Source: Paracoccaceae bacterium (GTDB taxonomy: Bacteria; Pseudomonadota; Alphaproteobacteria; Rhodobacterales; Rhodobacteraceae). From it: a DNA stretch of 49,039 nt. A program made the position numbers and the translations under genes. The stretch is taken from positions 1-49,039 of the forward strand of contig JAESRG010000001.1 in the NCBI GenBank assembly GCA_016764785.1, given 5' to 3'. Under the pieces are notes generated by a model. The model did not search any database, was not told the origin of the DNA, and saw only the letters and a program-made list of their open reading frames with translations. Of this stretch, positions 9,353 through 17,687 are shown piece after piece. The stretch's first letter is position 1. Every line of letters starts with the position of its first letter.

Positions 9353-10270
9353 TCAGCCTTTTACTGCGCCGGCGGCAATGCCCCGAACAAATAGTTTTCC
9401 AGAGAAGAAGTAGATCACCAGCGGTACGATCCCTGTCAGGATGGTTGCCGCCATGTTGACGTTATATTCCTTCACGCCCTGAACCGAGTTCACGATGTTG
9501 TTCAACTGAACAGTCATCGGCCAGTTTCCGGGCTTGGTGTAAATTACCCCGAACAGAAAGTCGTTCCAGATGCCGGTAACTTGCAAGATGATCGCCACCA
9601 CAAAGATTGGCAGAGACATCGGCAGCATGATCTTAAAGAAAATGCCCCAAAAACCGGCCCCGTCAACCCGTGCAGCCTTGAACAGCTCCTCAGGGATTGA
9701 GACAAAATAGTTGCGGAATAGTAGGGTCAAAATGGGCATCCCAAAGATAGTATGCACCACGATCAGACCACCAAGTTTGGTATATAACCCAACCTGTCCA
9801 AGCAAAAGCACGATAGGATAAATCATCACCTGATAGGGGATAAACGCCCCGAAAATCAGAATGGTGAAGAACATGTTGGAGCCCTTAAAGCGCCAGTTTG
9901 CCAAGGCATAGCCATTTACCGATGCAATCGCGATTGAGAGGATTACCGATGGAATCGTGATTATAACCGAGTTCATAAACCCGTCACGAAGCCCACGGCT
10001 TACCGGCCCACAATCATCTCCGGTGCAGCTTGCCCCGTTCCAGGCTTTTCCCCATGCTTCAAAGGTAATGTTGGATGGTAAAGCAAAGATATTGCCAAGC
10101 CGGATTTCCGGCATGCCCTTAAGCGAGGTCACAATCATCACATACAGTGGCAGCAGGTAGTAAGCCGAGATGATAATCAAGGTGCCATACAGAAACAGGT
10201 TCCGCCGCGTGAAGTATTTTTTGGGTTTGGGGCCGCTAGGGCCTTCAAGTGTTACTGTTGCATCAGACAT
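9353..10270 (-). CDS. Carbohydrate ABC transporter permease (second membrane component)
   Basis: Multi-helix hydrophobic ORF with an EAA-like loop (ELFKAARVDGAGFWGIFFKIMLP). I prefer the ATG at 10270 (MSDATV), which has GGAGG 11 nt upstream and an ATGTCTGA overlap with the upstream stop. The track start at 10288 is a TTG. Confidence 0.85.
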   Translation of the reverse strand: MSDATVTLEGPSGPKPKKYFTRRNLFLYGTLIIISAYYLLPLYVMIVTSLKGMPEIRLGNIFALPSNITFEAWGKAWNGASCTGDDCGPVSRGLRDGFMNSVIITIPSVILSIAIASVNGYALANWRFKGSNMFFTILIFGAFIPYQVMIYPIVLLLGQVGLYTKLGGLIVVHTIFGMPILTLLFRNYFVSIPEELFKAARVDGAGFWGIFFKIMLPMSLPIFVVAIILQVTGIWNDFLFGVIYTKPGNWPMTVQLNNIVNSVQGVKEYNVNMAATILTGIVPLVIYFFSGKLFVRGIAAGAVKG

Positions 10271-11261
10271 GATTTTTCTTGCCTCCAAATGCGCGGATAA
10301 TCGACGGGATTATGATGACAACCACAATCACAAACGTGAGCATCATCGTTGACGCTGCCAAGCCTTGCCCAAGATTTTGGGACGCAAACATCAGGTCATA
10401 GACATATTTTGCGGGCACTTCCGACGCAAGGCCGGGGCCACCGCTGGTTTGCGCCACCACAAGATCGTAAAGTTTGACAATGCCCGAGGCGATCAGCACC
10501 AAGGTTGTGGCAAAGATCGGTTTCATCATCGGAATGACAATATAGATATAGGTTTTCCACATCGGAATGCCATCAATGCGCGCGGCTTTCCAGATGTCCT
10601 CGTCAATGCCGCGCAGTCCGGCAAGCATCAGGCACATGATTAGGCCGGTTCCTTGCCAAAGACCCGCAATCAAAATGCCGTACATCACGATGTCAGCATC
10701 ATAGATCGGGTTGAAATTGAAGTTTTCAAAGCCCATATCGCGCACAACTTGTTGCAGGCCGTGATCTTTGTTCAAGATCCACTGCCAGACAAGGCCGGTT
10801 ACGATAAAGCTTAGCGCGAAAGGATATAGAAAAATGGTACGAAAGGTATTCTCAAATCTGATTTTCTGATCCAGCAGCGCGGCCAGAATAAAGCCAAACA
10901 CAAAGGTAAAAACCAGCGAACAGATACCATAAATGGCGATATTCTCGATTGAAAGTAACCAGCGGTCACTGTTCCAAAGGCGCTCATACTGCGCGAGACC
11001 CACAAAGTTTTTGGTTGCGATCCCCGAGATATAGGAGAAATCCAATGACCCATCGCTCAGCCACGAAGGGGTCGGGATCGAGAACAGCTCGGTGGTCTCG
11101 AATATCTTCTTCGGTAGCATTTTTGATTTGGTAAAAGAGTAGACAACCGTCCACCCCGTACAACCAACGAACACCACCAATGTGGTAAAGATCATCGGAA
11201 TGGCGGCAATTTTTGCTGCCATATTGCGGAATAACTGTGAAGGACGCTTGGTGTGCGCCAT
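10263..11261 (-). CDS. Carbohydrate ABC transporter permease (first membrane component)
   Basis: 332-aa hydrophobic ORF with an EAA loop (DIWKAARIDGIPMWKTYIYIVIPMM). ATG at 11261 is preceded by GGGAGAAGG. Confidence 0.85.
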   Translation of the reverse strand: MAHTKRPSQLFRNMAAKIAAIPMIFTTLVVFVGCTGWTVVYSFTKSKMLPKKIFETTELFSIPTPSWLSDGSLDFSYISGIATKNFVGLAQYERLWNSDRWLLSIENIAIYGICSLVFTFVFGFILAALLDQKIRFENTFRTIFLYPFALSFIVTGLVWQWILNKDHGLQQVVRDMGFENFNFNPIYDADIVMYGILIAGLWQGTGLIMCLMLAGLRGIDEDIWKAARIDGIPMWKTYIYIVIPMMKPIFATTLVLIASGIVKLYDLVVAQTSGGPGLASEVPAKYVYDLMFASQNLGQGLAASTMMLTFVIVVVIIIPSIIRAFGGKKNHV

Positions 11262-11350
11262 GGCCTTCTCCCTCGATTGGGTGACTTATAAGGAGTCGTG
11301 GGATATCAAGCATTTGCCTGAAAGAGACTACATGTCGGTGAATTAAAAGA

Positions 11351-11380
11351 CTGTCGACCCGACACAGGTCAGGTCGACAG
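11351..11380 (-). terminator. Stem-loop between the binding-protein gene and the permease genes (possible intra-operon attenuator)
   Basis: 9-bp perfect stem (ctgtcgacc at 11351-11359, ggtcgacag at 11372-11380) with a 12-nt loop. On the minus strand it is followed by tcttttaatt. Confidence 0.4.
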
Positions 11381-11403
11381 CAACTTTAGTCTAAACGCTA
11401 GAC

Positions 11404-12636
11404 CTAGTCAGCGTTTGCAACGATGTCAGCGTAACCGGCCTGAACCTCAGCAACGGTGATGCTGTGGTCGTTCCAGAACGCAGTCATCAGGTCGTTGAAC
11501 TGGTTGTTCGTGTCTTCAGTGAACAACTGAACACCCGATGGCAGAATTGCGCCACTTGCCAGAATTTCCAGACCTTTTTGCATGCAATCATTTGCTGAAG
11601 ACATATCGATGTCACCACGAACAGGCAGCGAGCCTTTTTTCAGGTTAAACGAAACCTGAACTTCGGGAGAGATCATCAAAGATGCCAGACGCAGCTGAGC
11701 AGCAGTGATTTCAGGGTCGTCATTGGTTGGGAAGTAGAACGCGTCACCACCGGTGTCGAGAACCTCATTGTAACCAAGACCTGGCAGGCAGGTATAGTCA
11801 ACGCCAGCAACTTGACCAGCAACCTGGAATTCGCCTTGCGCCCAGTCACCGTGGATCTGTGCAGCAGCAGTGCCCGTGATCACCATGTTGGTGGCCTGGT
11901 TCCAGTCATTTACGTCTGAGCCAACCGACAGTTTACGTGCTGTGTCGAATGCTTCAAATACGCGAGTATATGCAGGGCTACGCGCAACATCAGCATCTTT
12001 GTCAATGTTGACAGCTTCCCAATCTTCGGAAGACGTCAAAGCAACAGCCAACGTGCCGAATGCCAAGTTGGTCTGCCAAGACTGTTGGCCCATTGCCAAC
12101 GGAACGATGCCAGCTTCGCGAAGCGCAGGGCCCGCAGCAACAAATTCGTCCCAGTTTGCTGGAACATCAGTGCCAGCAGCTTCAAAAGCAGCATGGCTCA
12201 TCCAGATCCACTGAGCGGAGTGAATGTTTACAGGAACGCAATAGATGCGGCCGTCAACAGTACAAGCGTCAAGCAGTTTGGTTGGGTTTACAAAGTCAGC
12301 CCAGCCTTCGGCTTCAGCCAAATCAGTTAGGTCCAGCATCAGGCCCGCTTCGATCAGCTCTTCAGCTTGACGACCGGTGTTGAACTGGGTTGCGCCCATT
12401 GGCTCGCCACCAATGATCCGCGAAATCATGATTGGACGTGCAGTGCCGCCACCGCCGGCGATCGCGCCGTCAATCCAAGTGTCGCCACCAGCTTCAAATG
12501 CTTTTGCAAATTCGGCAACCGCTGCCGACTCGCCACCGGATGTCCACCAGTGTGTTACTTCAAGTTCGGTAGCAAATGCGCTTAGCGGCAAAGCCACAGA
12601 TGCAGCAAGTGCTGCAAGGGTCGTACGATAATTCAT
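11404..12636 (-). CDS. ABC transporter extracellular sugar-binding protein
   Basis: ORF with signal peptide MNYRTTLAALAASVALPLSAFA. I prefer the ATG at 12636 (GGAGG 7 nt upstream) over the TTG at 12651 used by the track. Confidence 0.85.
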   Translation of the reverse strand: MNYRTTLAALAASVALPLSAFATELEVTHWWTSGGESAAVAEFAKAFEAGGDTWIDGAIAGGGGTARPIMISRIIGGEPMGATQFNTGRQAEELIEAGLMLDLTDLAEAEGWADFVNPTKLLDACTVDGRIYCVPVNIHSAQWIWMSHAAFEAAGTDVPANWDEFVAAGPALREAGIVPLAMGQQSWQTNLAFGTLAVALTSSEDWEAVNIDKDADVARSPAYTRVFEAFDTARKLSVGSDVNDWNQATNMVITGTAAAQIHGDWAQGEFQVAGQVAGVDYTCLPGLGYNEVLDTGGDAFYFPTNDDPEITAAQLRLASLMISPEVQVSFNLKKGSLPVRGDIDMSSANDCMQKGLEILASGAILPSGVQLFTEDTNNQFNDLMTAFWNDHSITVAEVQAGYADIVANAD

Positions 12637-12652
12637 TTTGGTTCCTCCCAAC

Positions 12653-12664
12653 TGTATCGTTACA
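12653..12664. promoter_or_regulatory. Candidate LacI-family operator half-palindrome in the 5' leader of the binding-protein gene
   Basis: tgtatcgttaca is a CG-centred imperfect palindrome (10 of 12 positions). Its reverse complement tgtaacgataca recurs almost exactly at 12951-12963. Confidence 0.3.
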
Positions 12665-12950
12665 GATTTTTGAGGTTAGGGCAGGAAAAAGGGAAAATCA
12701 ACTTATTATTTTAAATTCTGAATTTAATGAGTTTATGCGTGGAGCTTGTTAAAAATAGAACCCGGTTTTGAGCGGAAAAAATGCGAAATTTTTGGCCGGT
12801 ATTTGGAATTAAGTTTTGTTTACAGTCGCTTACGTTGCGAGTCATCGCGGCACATTCTATCTCAATACGCATATCTTTGATTATTCTGATTTATGAATAT
12901 AATTTGAGGTCGGGAAATGGCAGTCGACAAGCGCTGATTATTCGATAACA

Positions 12951-12963
12951 TGTAACGATAACA
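12951..12963. promoter_or_regulatory. Second candidate LacI-family operator, upstream of the lacI-like gene
   Basis: tgtaacgataaca lies within a local direct repeat cgataaca(12943-12950)/cgataaca(12956-12963), 72 nt upstream of the regulator ATG. Confidence 0.3.
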
Positions 12964-13034
12964 ATAAGACAAATATTTCCATTAGATTCGCAATATTACG
13001 ATTCCAACCACACCCATGATTCGACCCTCAAACT

Positions 13035-14099
13035 ATGACATTAAACAAACAGTTGCCAGATATTGATATCGCGAACGCTGGAAATAAACGCCCGACGCTA
13101 AAGGATATTGCGTATCTCAGCGGGCTAAGTGTGACCACTGTCTCCAAGGCATTGAACGACGCTACTGACATCAGCAGCAAAACCAAATCCCGGGTGCAGT
13201 TGATCGCCAAAAAAGTAGGGTATCGTCCAAACCGAGCAGGCATTCGTTTACGCACAGGCAAGACCAATGTCATCAGCCTTATTCTGTCGACCGAGGTTGG
13301 GGCGATGGGCATGACGTCGCCACTGGTTACAGGCATTTCCGACATCATTGGTGACACCAATTATCATTTGGTTGTAACGCCTTATGACATGAATCAAGAC
13401 CCGCTCGTCCCTGTGAAATATGTTGTTGAAACTGGCGCGGCTGATGGTATTATCCTGTCGCGGACCGAACCCCATGACCCGCGGGTAAAATACTTGCATG
13501 ACGCTGGGTTTCCGTTTGTTACTCACGGGCGCACCCGCATGGGGATCGAACATGCCTTTCATGATTTTGACAACACTGCTTATGCGAAAAAATCGGTCAA
13601 GTTTTTGATAGATCGCGGGCGCAAGCATATCGGATTGATCCCGCCACCTGACACATTGACTTTTGCACAGCACATGAATTCCGGGTTCTTCTCGGAACTT
13701 GATCGGCACGACCTGCAGGAAATGCCGATTCGCAATATTTCAATTGATTCGACCTTTGAAGAAATTGCCGCCGAGATTGAGCGAATCATGCGCTCAAGCC
13801 ACCCCTTGGACGGTATTGTCTGTGGCAGTGCCAACTCGGCTATTTCGGCAATTGCAGGAATTGAAGCGGCGGGTAAAACAACCGCTGCTGACATTGATCT
13901 GGTCGCCAAGGAATCTTTCGAATTTCTAAGCCGTTTCCGCCCCAACCTATTCGTTATTCAGGAAAATTTTCGTGATGCCGGTCAACATTTGATCAAAATG
14001 GTGTTGGGCATGATTGAAGGTGACCGTGCTGAAAAACATCAATTTCTTGAGGCACCAGGCCCTCTCGGTAACACTGAAACCTGTGCCAAAACCGCCTGA
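13035..14099 (+). CDS. LacI family transcriptional regulator
   Basis: 354-aa ORF. The N-terminal HTH is PTLKDIAYLSGLSVTTVSKALND, followed by a periplasmic-binding-protein-like sugar-binding fold. It is divergent from the ABC/GH operon. Confidence 0.9.
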   Translation: MTLNKQLPDIDIANAGNKRPTLKDIAYLSGLSVTTVSKALNDATDISSKTKSRVQLIAKKVGYRPNRAGIRLRTGKTNVISLILSTEVGAMGMTSPLVTGISDIIGDTNYHLVVTPYDMNQDPLVPVKYVVETGAADGIILSRTEPHDPRVKYLHDAGFPFVTHGRTRMGIEHAFHDFDNTAYAKKSVKFLIDRGRKHIGLIPPPDTLTFAQHMNSGFFSELDRHDLQEMPIRNISIDSTFEEIAAEIERIMRSSHPLDGIVCGSANSAISAIAGIEAAGKTTAADIDLVAKESFEFLSRFRPNLFVIQENFRDAGQHLIKMVLGMIEGDRAEKHQFLEAPGPLGNTETCAKTA

Positions 14100-14122
14100 C
14101 CTTTAATACCAAAGGATATACG

Positions 14123-15031
14123 ATGTCTGACGATTTTCTGATACTCGACCCGCGTTTTTCTGACCTTTTGGCAGCAGACGCAAAGATCGAAAAACTGTAT
14201 GAGGGCTGCGGCTGGGCCGAAGGCCCCGTCTGGTTTGGCGATCAGGATGTTTTGATTTGGAGCGATATTCCAAACAACCGCATGCTGCGCTGGTCGGCAG
14301 ATTCCGGCGTGGATACATTCCGCCACGACACCCAGAAATCCAACGGGAATTTTCGCGACCGGCAGGGCCGTCTGGTGACGTGCCTGCATGATGGGCGCAA
14401 GGTTGTTCGCACCGAATATGACGGATCGACCACGGTTATTGCCGACAGTTATCAGGGTAAAAGACTGAATTCGCCCAATGATGTGGTGGTCACATCTGAC
14501 GGTGCGATCTGGTTTACTGACCCCAATTACGGCTTGATGAATAACGACGGTGAGATCGTGATCGACCAAGAACAAGCCGGTTGTTTTGTGTTTCGCGTCT
14601 CGGCAGACCTATCTGAGATCACTTCGATGGTCGAAGATTTTGTCAAACCCAACGGCTTGGCGTTTTCTGCTGATGAGAAAACCCTTTATATTGCTGATTC
14701 CGGTTTCTCGAATGACCCTGACGCCCCGCATCATATCCGCGCCTTTGATCTGGATGCTGACGGCAATCTGACCAATGATCGTATTTTTGCAGACATAACT
14801 CCAGGCCTACCGGATGGGTTTCGGTTTGATACAGCGGGAAATCTTTGGACCAGCGCCAAAGACGGGGTGCAGTGTTTTGCGCCCGACGGTACGTTGATTG
14901 GTAAAATCCTGCTGCCCGAGGTCTGCGCAAATTTGACCTTTGGCGGCCCTGATAAAAACCGGATATTCATGACGGCCAACACTTCACTTTACGTGGTTGA
15001 TGTGGCAATTTCCGGCATTCAAACACCTTAA
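14123..15031 (+). CDS. SMP-30/gluconolactonase/LRE family protein
   Basis: 302-aa ORF with EGPVW, NDVVVTSDGAIWFTDP and PNGLAFS motifs typical of six-bladed propeller lactonases. Confidence 0.8.
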   Translation: MSDDFLILDPRFSDLLAADAKIEKLYEGCGWAEGPVWFGDQDVLIWSDIPNNRMLRWSADSGVDTFRHDTQKSNGNFRDRQGRLVTCLHDGRKVVRTEYDGSTTVIADSYQGKRLNSPNDVVVTSDGAIWFTDPNYGLMNNDGEIVIDQEQAGCFVFRVSADLSEITSMVEDFVKPNGLAFSADEKTLYIADSGFSNDPDAPHHIRAFDLDADGNLTNDRIFADITPGLPDGFRFDTAGNLWTSAKDGVQCFAPDGTLIGKILLPEVCANLTFGGPDKNRIFMTANTSLYVVDVAISGIQTP

Positions 15032-15040
15032 GGAGGCCCC

Positions 15041-15940
15041 ATGGCCAATCCAAAACGCATTCTGTTTACCGGCGGCAGCGGCAAAGCGGGCAAACATGTC
15101 ATCGAATATCTGCTGGCGCAGGGGCATCGGGTGCTGAACGTTGACCTTGTGCCGCTTGATCTGGAGGGTGTTGATAACCTGACCGTCGACATCACCGATT
15201 CCGGCCAGATGTTCAACGCCCTGACTAGCTATGCCAACTTTGATGAACTTGAACCCGGTACCGGCGTGCCAAAATTCGATGCTGTGGTGCATTTTGCAGC
15301 GGTGCCGCGCATTCTGCTGGTGCCGGATAACGAGACATTTCGCGTTAACACTATCGGTACTTATAACGTGATTGAGGCGGCCTCTAAGCTGGGAATTAAA
15401 AAGATCATCGTGGCCTCATCCGAGACCACCTACGGCGTTTGTTTTTCAGATGGCGAAACCAATCCGGACTATCTTCCGGTGGATGAGGATTACGACGTGA
15501 ACCCGATGGATAGCTATGGTCTGTCAAAGGTTGTGAACGAGAATACCTGTCGCGCTTTTCAGCGTCGTTTTGGCCACGATATTTACGCCTTGCGGATCGG
15601 CAATGTGATTGAACCCCATGAATACAGCAACTTCCCCGGGTATTTCGAAAACCCTGCGGTGCGTCGCCGCAATATCTTTTGCTATATTGATGCCCGTGAT
15701 CTGGGCCAGATTGTGGATCGCTGCCTGTCAACTGATGGCCTTGGCTATCAGGTGTTTAACGCGGGTAATGACACAAATTCGGCCAATATTCCGTCAAAAG
15801 AACTGGCTGAACGGTTCTTTGCAGGGGTGCCTGTCAAAGACGATTTGGGCGAACATGAAGCCCTGTTTTCCAACCGCAAAATCCGCGAAGTTTTGGGGTT
15901 TGTTGAGGAACATGACTGGCGGAAGTACGTTTCCGGCTGA
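15041..15940 (+). CDS. NAD-dependent epimerase/dehydratase family protein
   Basis: 299-aa ORF with Rossmann motif ILFTGGSGKAGKHV and Y..SK catalytic motif (YGLSKVV). AAGGAGG lies upstream of the ATG. Confidence 0.8.
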   Translation: MANPKRILFTGGSGKAGKHVIEYLLAQGHRVLNVDLVPLDLEGVDNLTVDITDSGQMFNALTSYANFDELEPGTGVPKFDAVVHFAAVPRILLVPDNETFRVNTIGTYNVIEAASKLGIKKIIVASSETTYGVCFSDGETNPDYLPVDEDYDVNPMDSYGLSKVVNENTCRAFQRRFGHDIYALRIGNVIEPHEYSNFPGYFENPAVRRRNIFCYIDARDLGQIVDRCLSTDGLGYQVFNAGNDTNSANIPSKELAERFFAGVPVKDDLGEHEALFSNRKIREVLGFVEEHDWRKYVSG

Positions 15941-16060
15941 GAGCCCGACCCTAACCCTCCCCTGAGACGGGAGAGAATTGGTTCCGCATCCTTGAACACA
16001 TTCTCCTTGATGAATGTAAGTCTCTGTGAGAGGATAAACCCTCAATTCAGAGGTTTACTT

Positions 16061-16966
16061 ATGAAAATTCTTGTTTCTCTGGCCGTATTGCTTGGTGGTG
16101 CGCTGCCGGCCGTGGCGCTCGATATTCATCACGTCGCTGAAAATACCTATGCGCTGGTGGGGTCACTTGACCAACGCGCCCCCGAAAACCTTGGCAACAA
16201 TGCCACGTTTGGCGTGGTTGTCACCTCGGAAGGGGTGGTGTTGATCGATGCGGGCGGCAGCTGGCTGGGGGCGATGGAAATTGACGCTTTGATCGACGAA
16301 ATCACCGACCAGCCGGTAGTGATTGTGATCAATTCCGGCGGACAGGACCATCGCTGGATCAGCAATGACTATTGGCAGCAGCAGGGCGCGCAGATTATTG
16401 CTTCAACTGCGGCGGTGGCTGACCAACAGGCGCGCGGGTCACTGCAAATGACAGTTCTGAACGCGCTGATCGGCGATAAGCTGGCGGGCACCAGCCCCGT
16501 TTATGCCGATACGACCTTTGACTCTGATTACGATTTTACACTGGGCGGGGTTGATTTTGAAATCCGCCATATTGCCCAAGCCCACACCCCCGGCGACAGT
16601 TTCATCTGGCTGCCCGCCACCCGTACCGTTTTCACCGGCGATATTGTCTATGTTGACCGAATTCTGGGCATTGGCGACCAATCCCATTCCGGCACGTGGA
16701 TCGATGTTTTTGAGGAAATCGCAGCCCTCAACCCTATCCACCTCGTACCCGGCCACGGTCCCGCTACCACTATGGAACATGCCACGGCAGACACATATGA
16801 TTATCTCGTCAATCTGCGTGCCAAAATGGGTGCCTATATCGACGACGGTGGCGACATCATTGATTCCGTCAATGTTGACCAATCCGCGTTTTCGTATCTG
16901 GCGAATTTTGACAGGCTGGCCAAGCGCAACGCCCAGCAGGTTTTTACCGAGATGGAATGGGAATAG
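16061..16966 (+). CDS. Exported metallo-beta-lactamase-fold protein with an atypical metal motif
   Basis: ATG at 16061 gives signal peptide MKILVSLAVLLGGALPAVA. MBL motifs AHTPGD, FTGDIVY and PGHGP are present. The position of the canonical HxHxDH motif reads SGGQDH (VINSGGQDHRW). Confidence 0.7.
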   Translation: MKILVSLAVLLGGALPAVALDIHHVAENTYALVGSLDQRAPENLGNNATFGVVVTSEGVVLIDAGGSWLGAMEIDALIDEITDQPVVIVINSGGQDHRWISNDYWQQQGAQIIASTAAVADQQARGSLQMTVLNALIGDKLAGTSPVYADTTFDSDYDFTLGGVDFEIRHIAQAHTPGDSFIWLPATRTVFTGDIVYVDRILGIGDQSHSGTWIDVFEEIAALNPIHLVPGHGPATTMEHATADTYDYLVNLRAKMGAYIDDGGDIIDSVNVDQSAFSYLANFDRLAKRNAQQVFTEMEWE

Positions 16967-16969
16967 CGG

Positions 16970-17488
16970 TTACTGACGAATCCAGTTTTCAACGATTACC
17001 CCGTCGTTATCCGCCTGAAAACTTAAGTTGTTTCCAGAGCAGGTATAGGTGCCGGTTACGCCGCCGCCCATCGGGGCAGTCTCGTCGGTAAACGGCGTAT
17101 CGATGAACATCGGCTCGTCGCCCCCTAAGTAGAGTTCAGCCGAGACGCTAAACTCGTATTCGCCCAAATCGAAGTCAAAGGTGCCGCCATCTGCGATCAC
17201 CGAAAAGTCACTGGTTCCGCTCATGGTAATAACAGTGCGGGGTGCTCCGGGATTCTGGACATCCACAATCATGTCATTGATGAGATAGCTGCCGCTGTCA
17301 TCGGTAAATATCATCAAGATTTCGCCAGTGATTTCAACGTTCTCGGCCCCCGGTATTGTGTTGAACTGATCGGTAAATTCCTCCATATCTGGAGACCAAC
17401 TGCCGGTTAGGCAGGAATCAATTGCTAAAACCGGCGTCGCGACCAGTGTCACAGCCAATGTAGAAAGAATTTTTGGAAAACGCTTCAT
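16970..17488 (-). CDS. Secreted hypothetical protein
   Basis: 172-aa ORF with Sec-type signal MKRFPKILSTLAVTLVATPVLA. I recognised no family. It is convergent with the MBL gene, with only 3 nt between the stops. Confidence 0.6.
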   Translation of the reverse strand: MKRFPKILSTLAVTLVATPVLAIDSCLTGSWSPDMEEFTDQFNTIPGAENVEITGEILMIFTDDSGSYLINDMIVDVQNPGAPRTVITMSGTSDFSVIADGGTFDFDLGEYEFSVSAELYLGGDEPMFIDTPFTDETAPMGGGVTGTYTCSGNNLSFQADNDGVIVENWIRQ

Positions 17489-17542
17489 AATATGCTCCGT
17501 ATTTTGATATAATTAAGTCGGATTCTCCACATTAATGGCGCC

Positions 17543-17556
17543 TTATCCAGTGATAG
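17543..17556. promoter_or_regulatory. Dyad TTATC-N4-GATAG upstream of soeA
   Basis: ttatccagtgatag. A near-identical dyad, ttatcaaccgataa, lies upstream of dsrA at 25703-25716. Confidence 0.25.
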
Positions 17557-17575
17557 TTTTCAACCCAGCGAAGTG

Positions 17576-17590
17576 TTGCCCAATGGGCAA
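17576..17590. promoter_or_regulatory. Palindrome TTGCCCA-N1-TGGGCAA upstream of soeA
   Basis: ttgcccaatgggcaa has 7-bp perfect arms and lies about 100 nt upstream of the soeA ATG. Confidence 0.3.
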
Positions 17591-17644
17591 GTGAAATAGC
17601 AGTGCTGGTTGTGACATTTATATAGATTAGGTTATTCGAATGTG

Positions 17645-17673
17645 TTAGGCATTCCGGTTAATGCGCTTAAGAT
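17645..17673 (+). promoter_or_regulatory. Weak sigma70-like promoter candidate for soeABC
   Basis: TTAGGC (17645-17650), a 17-nt spacer, then TAAGAT (17668-17673), 15 nt before the soeA ATG. Confidence 0.2.
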
Positions 17674-17687
17674 AATACGGGGATTAT

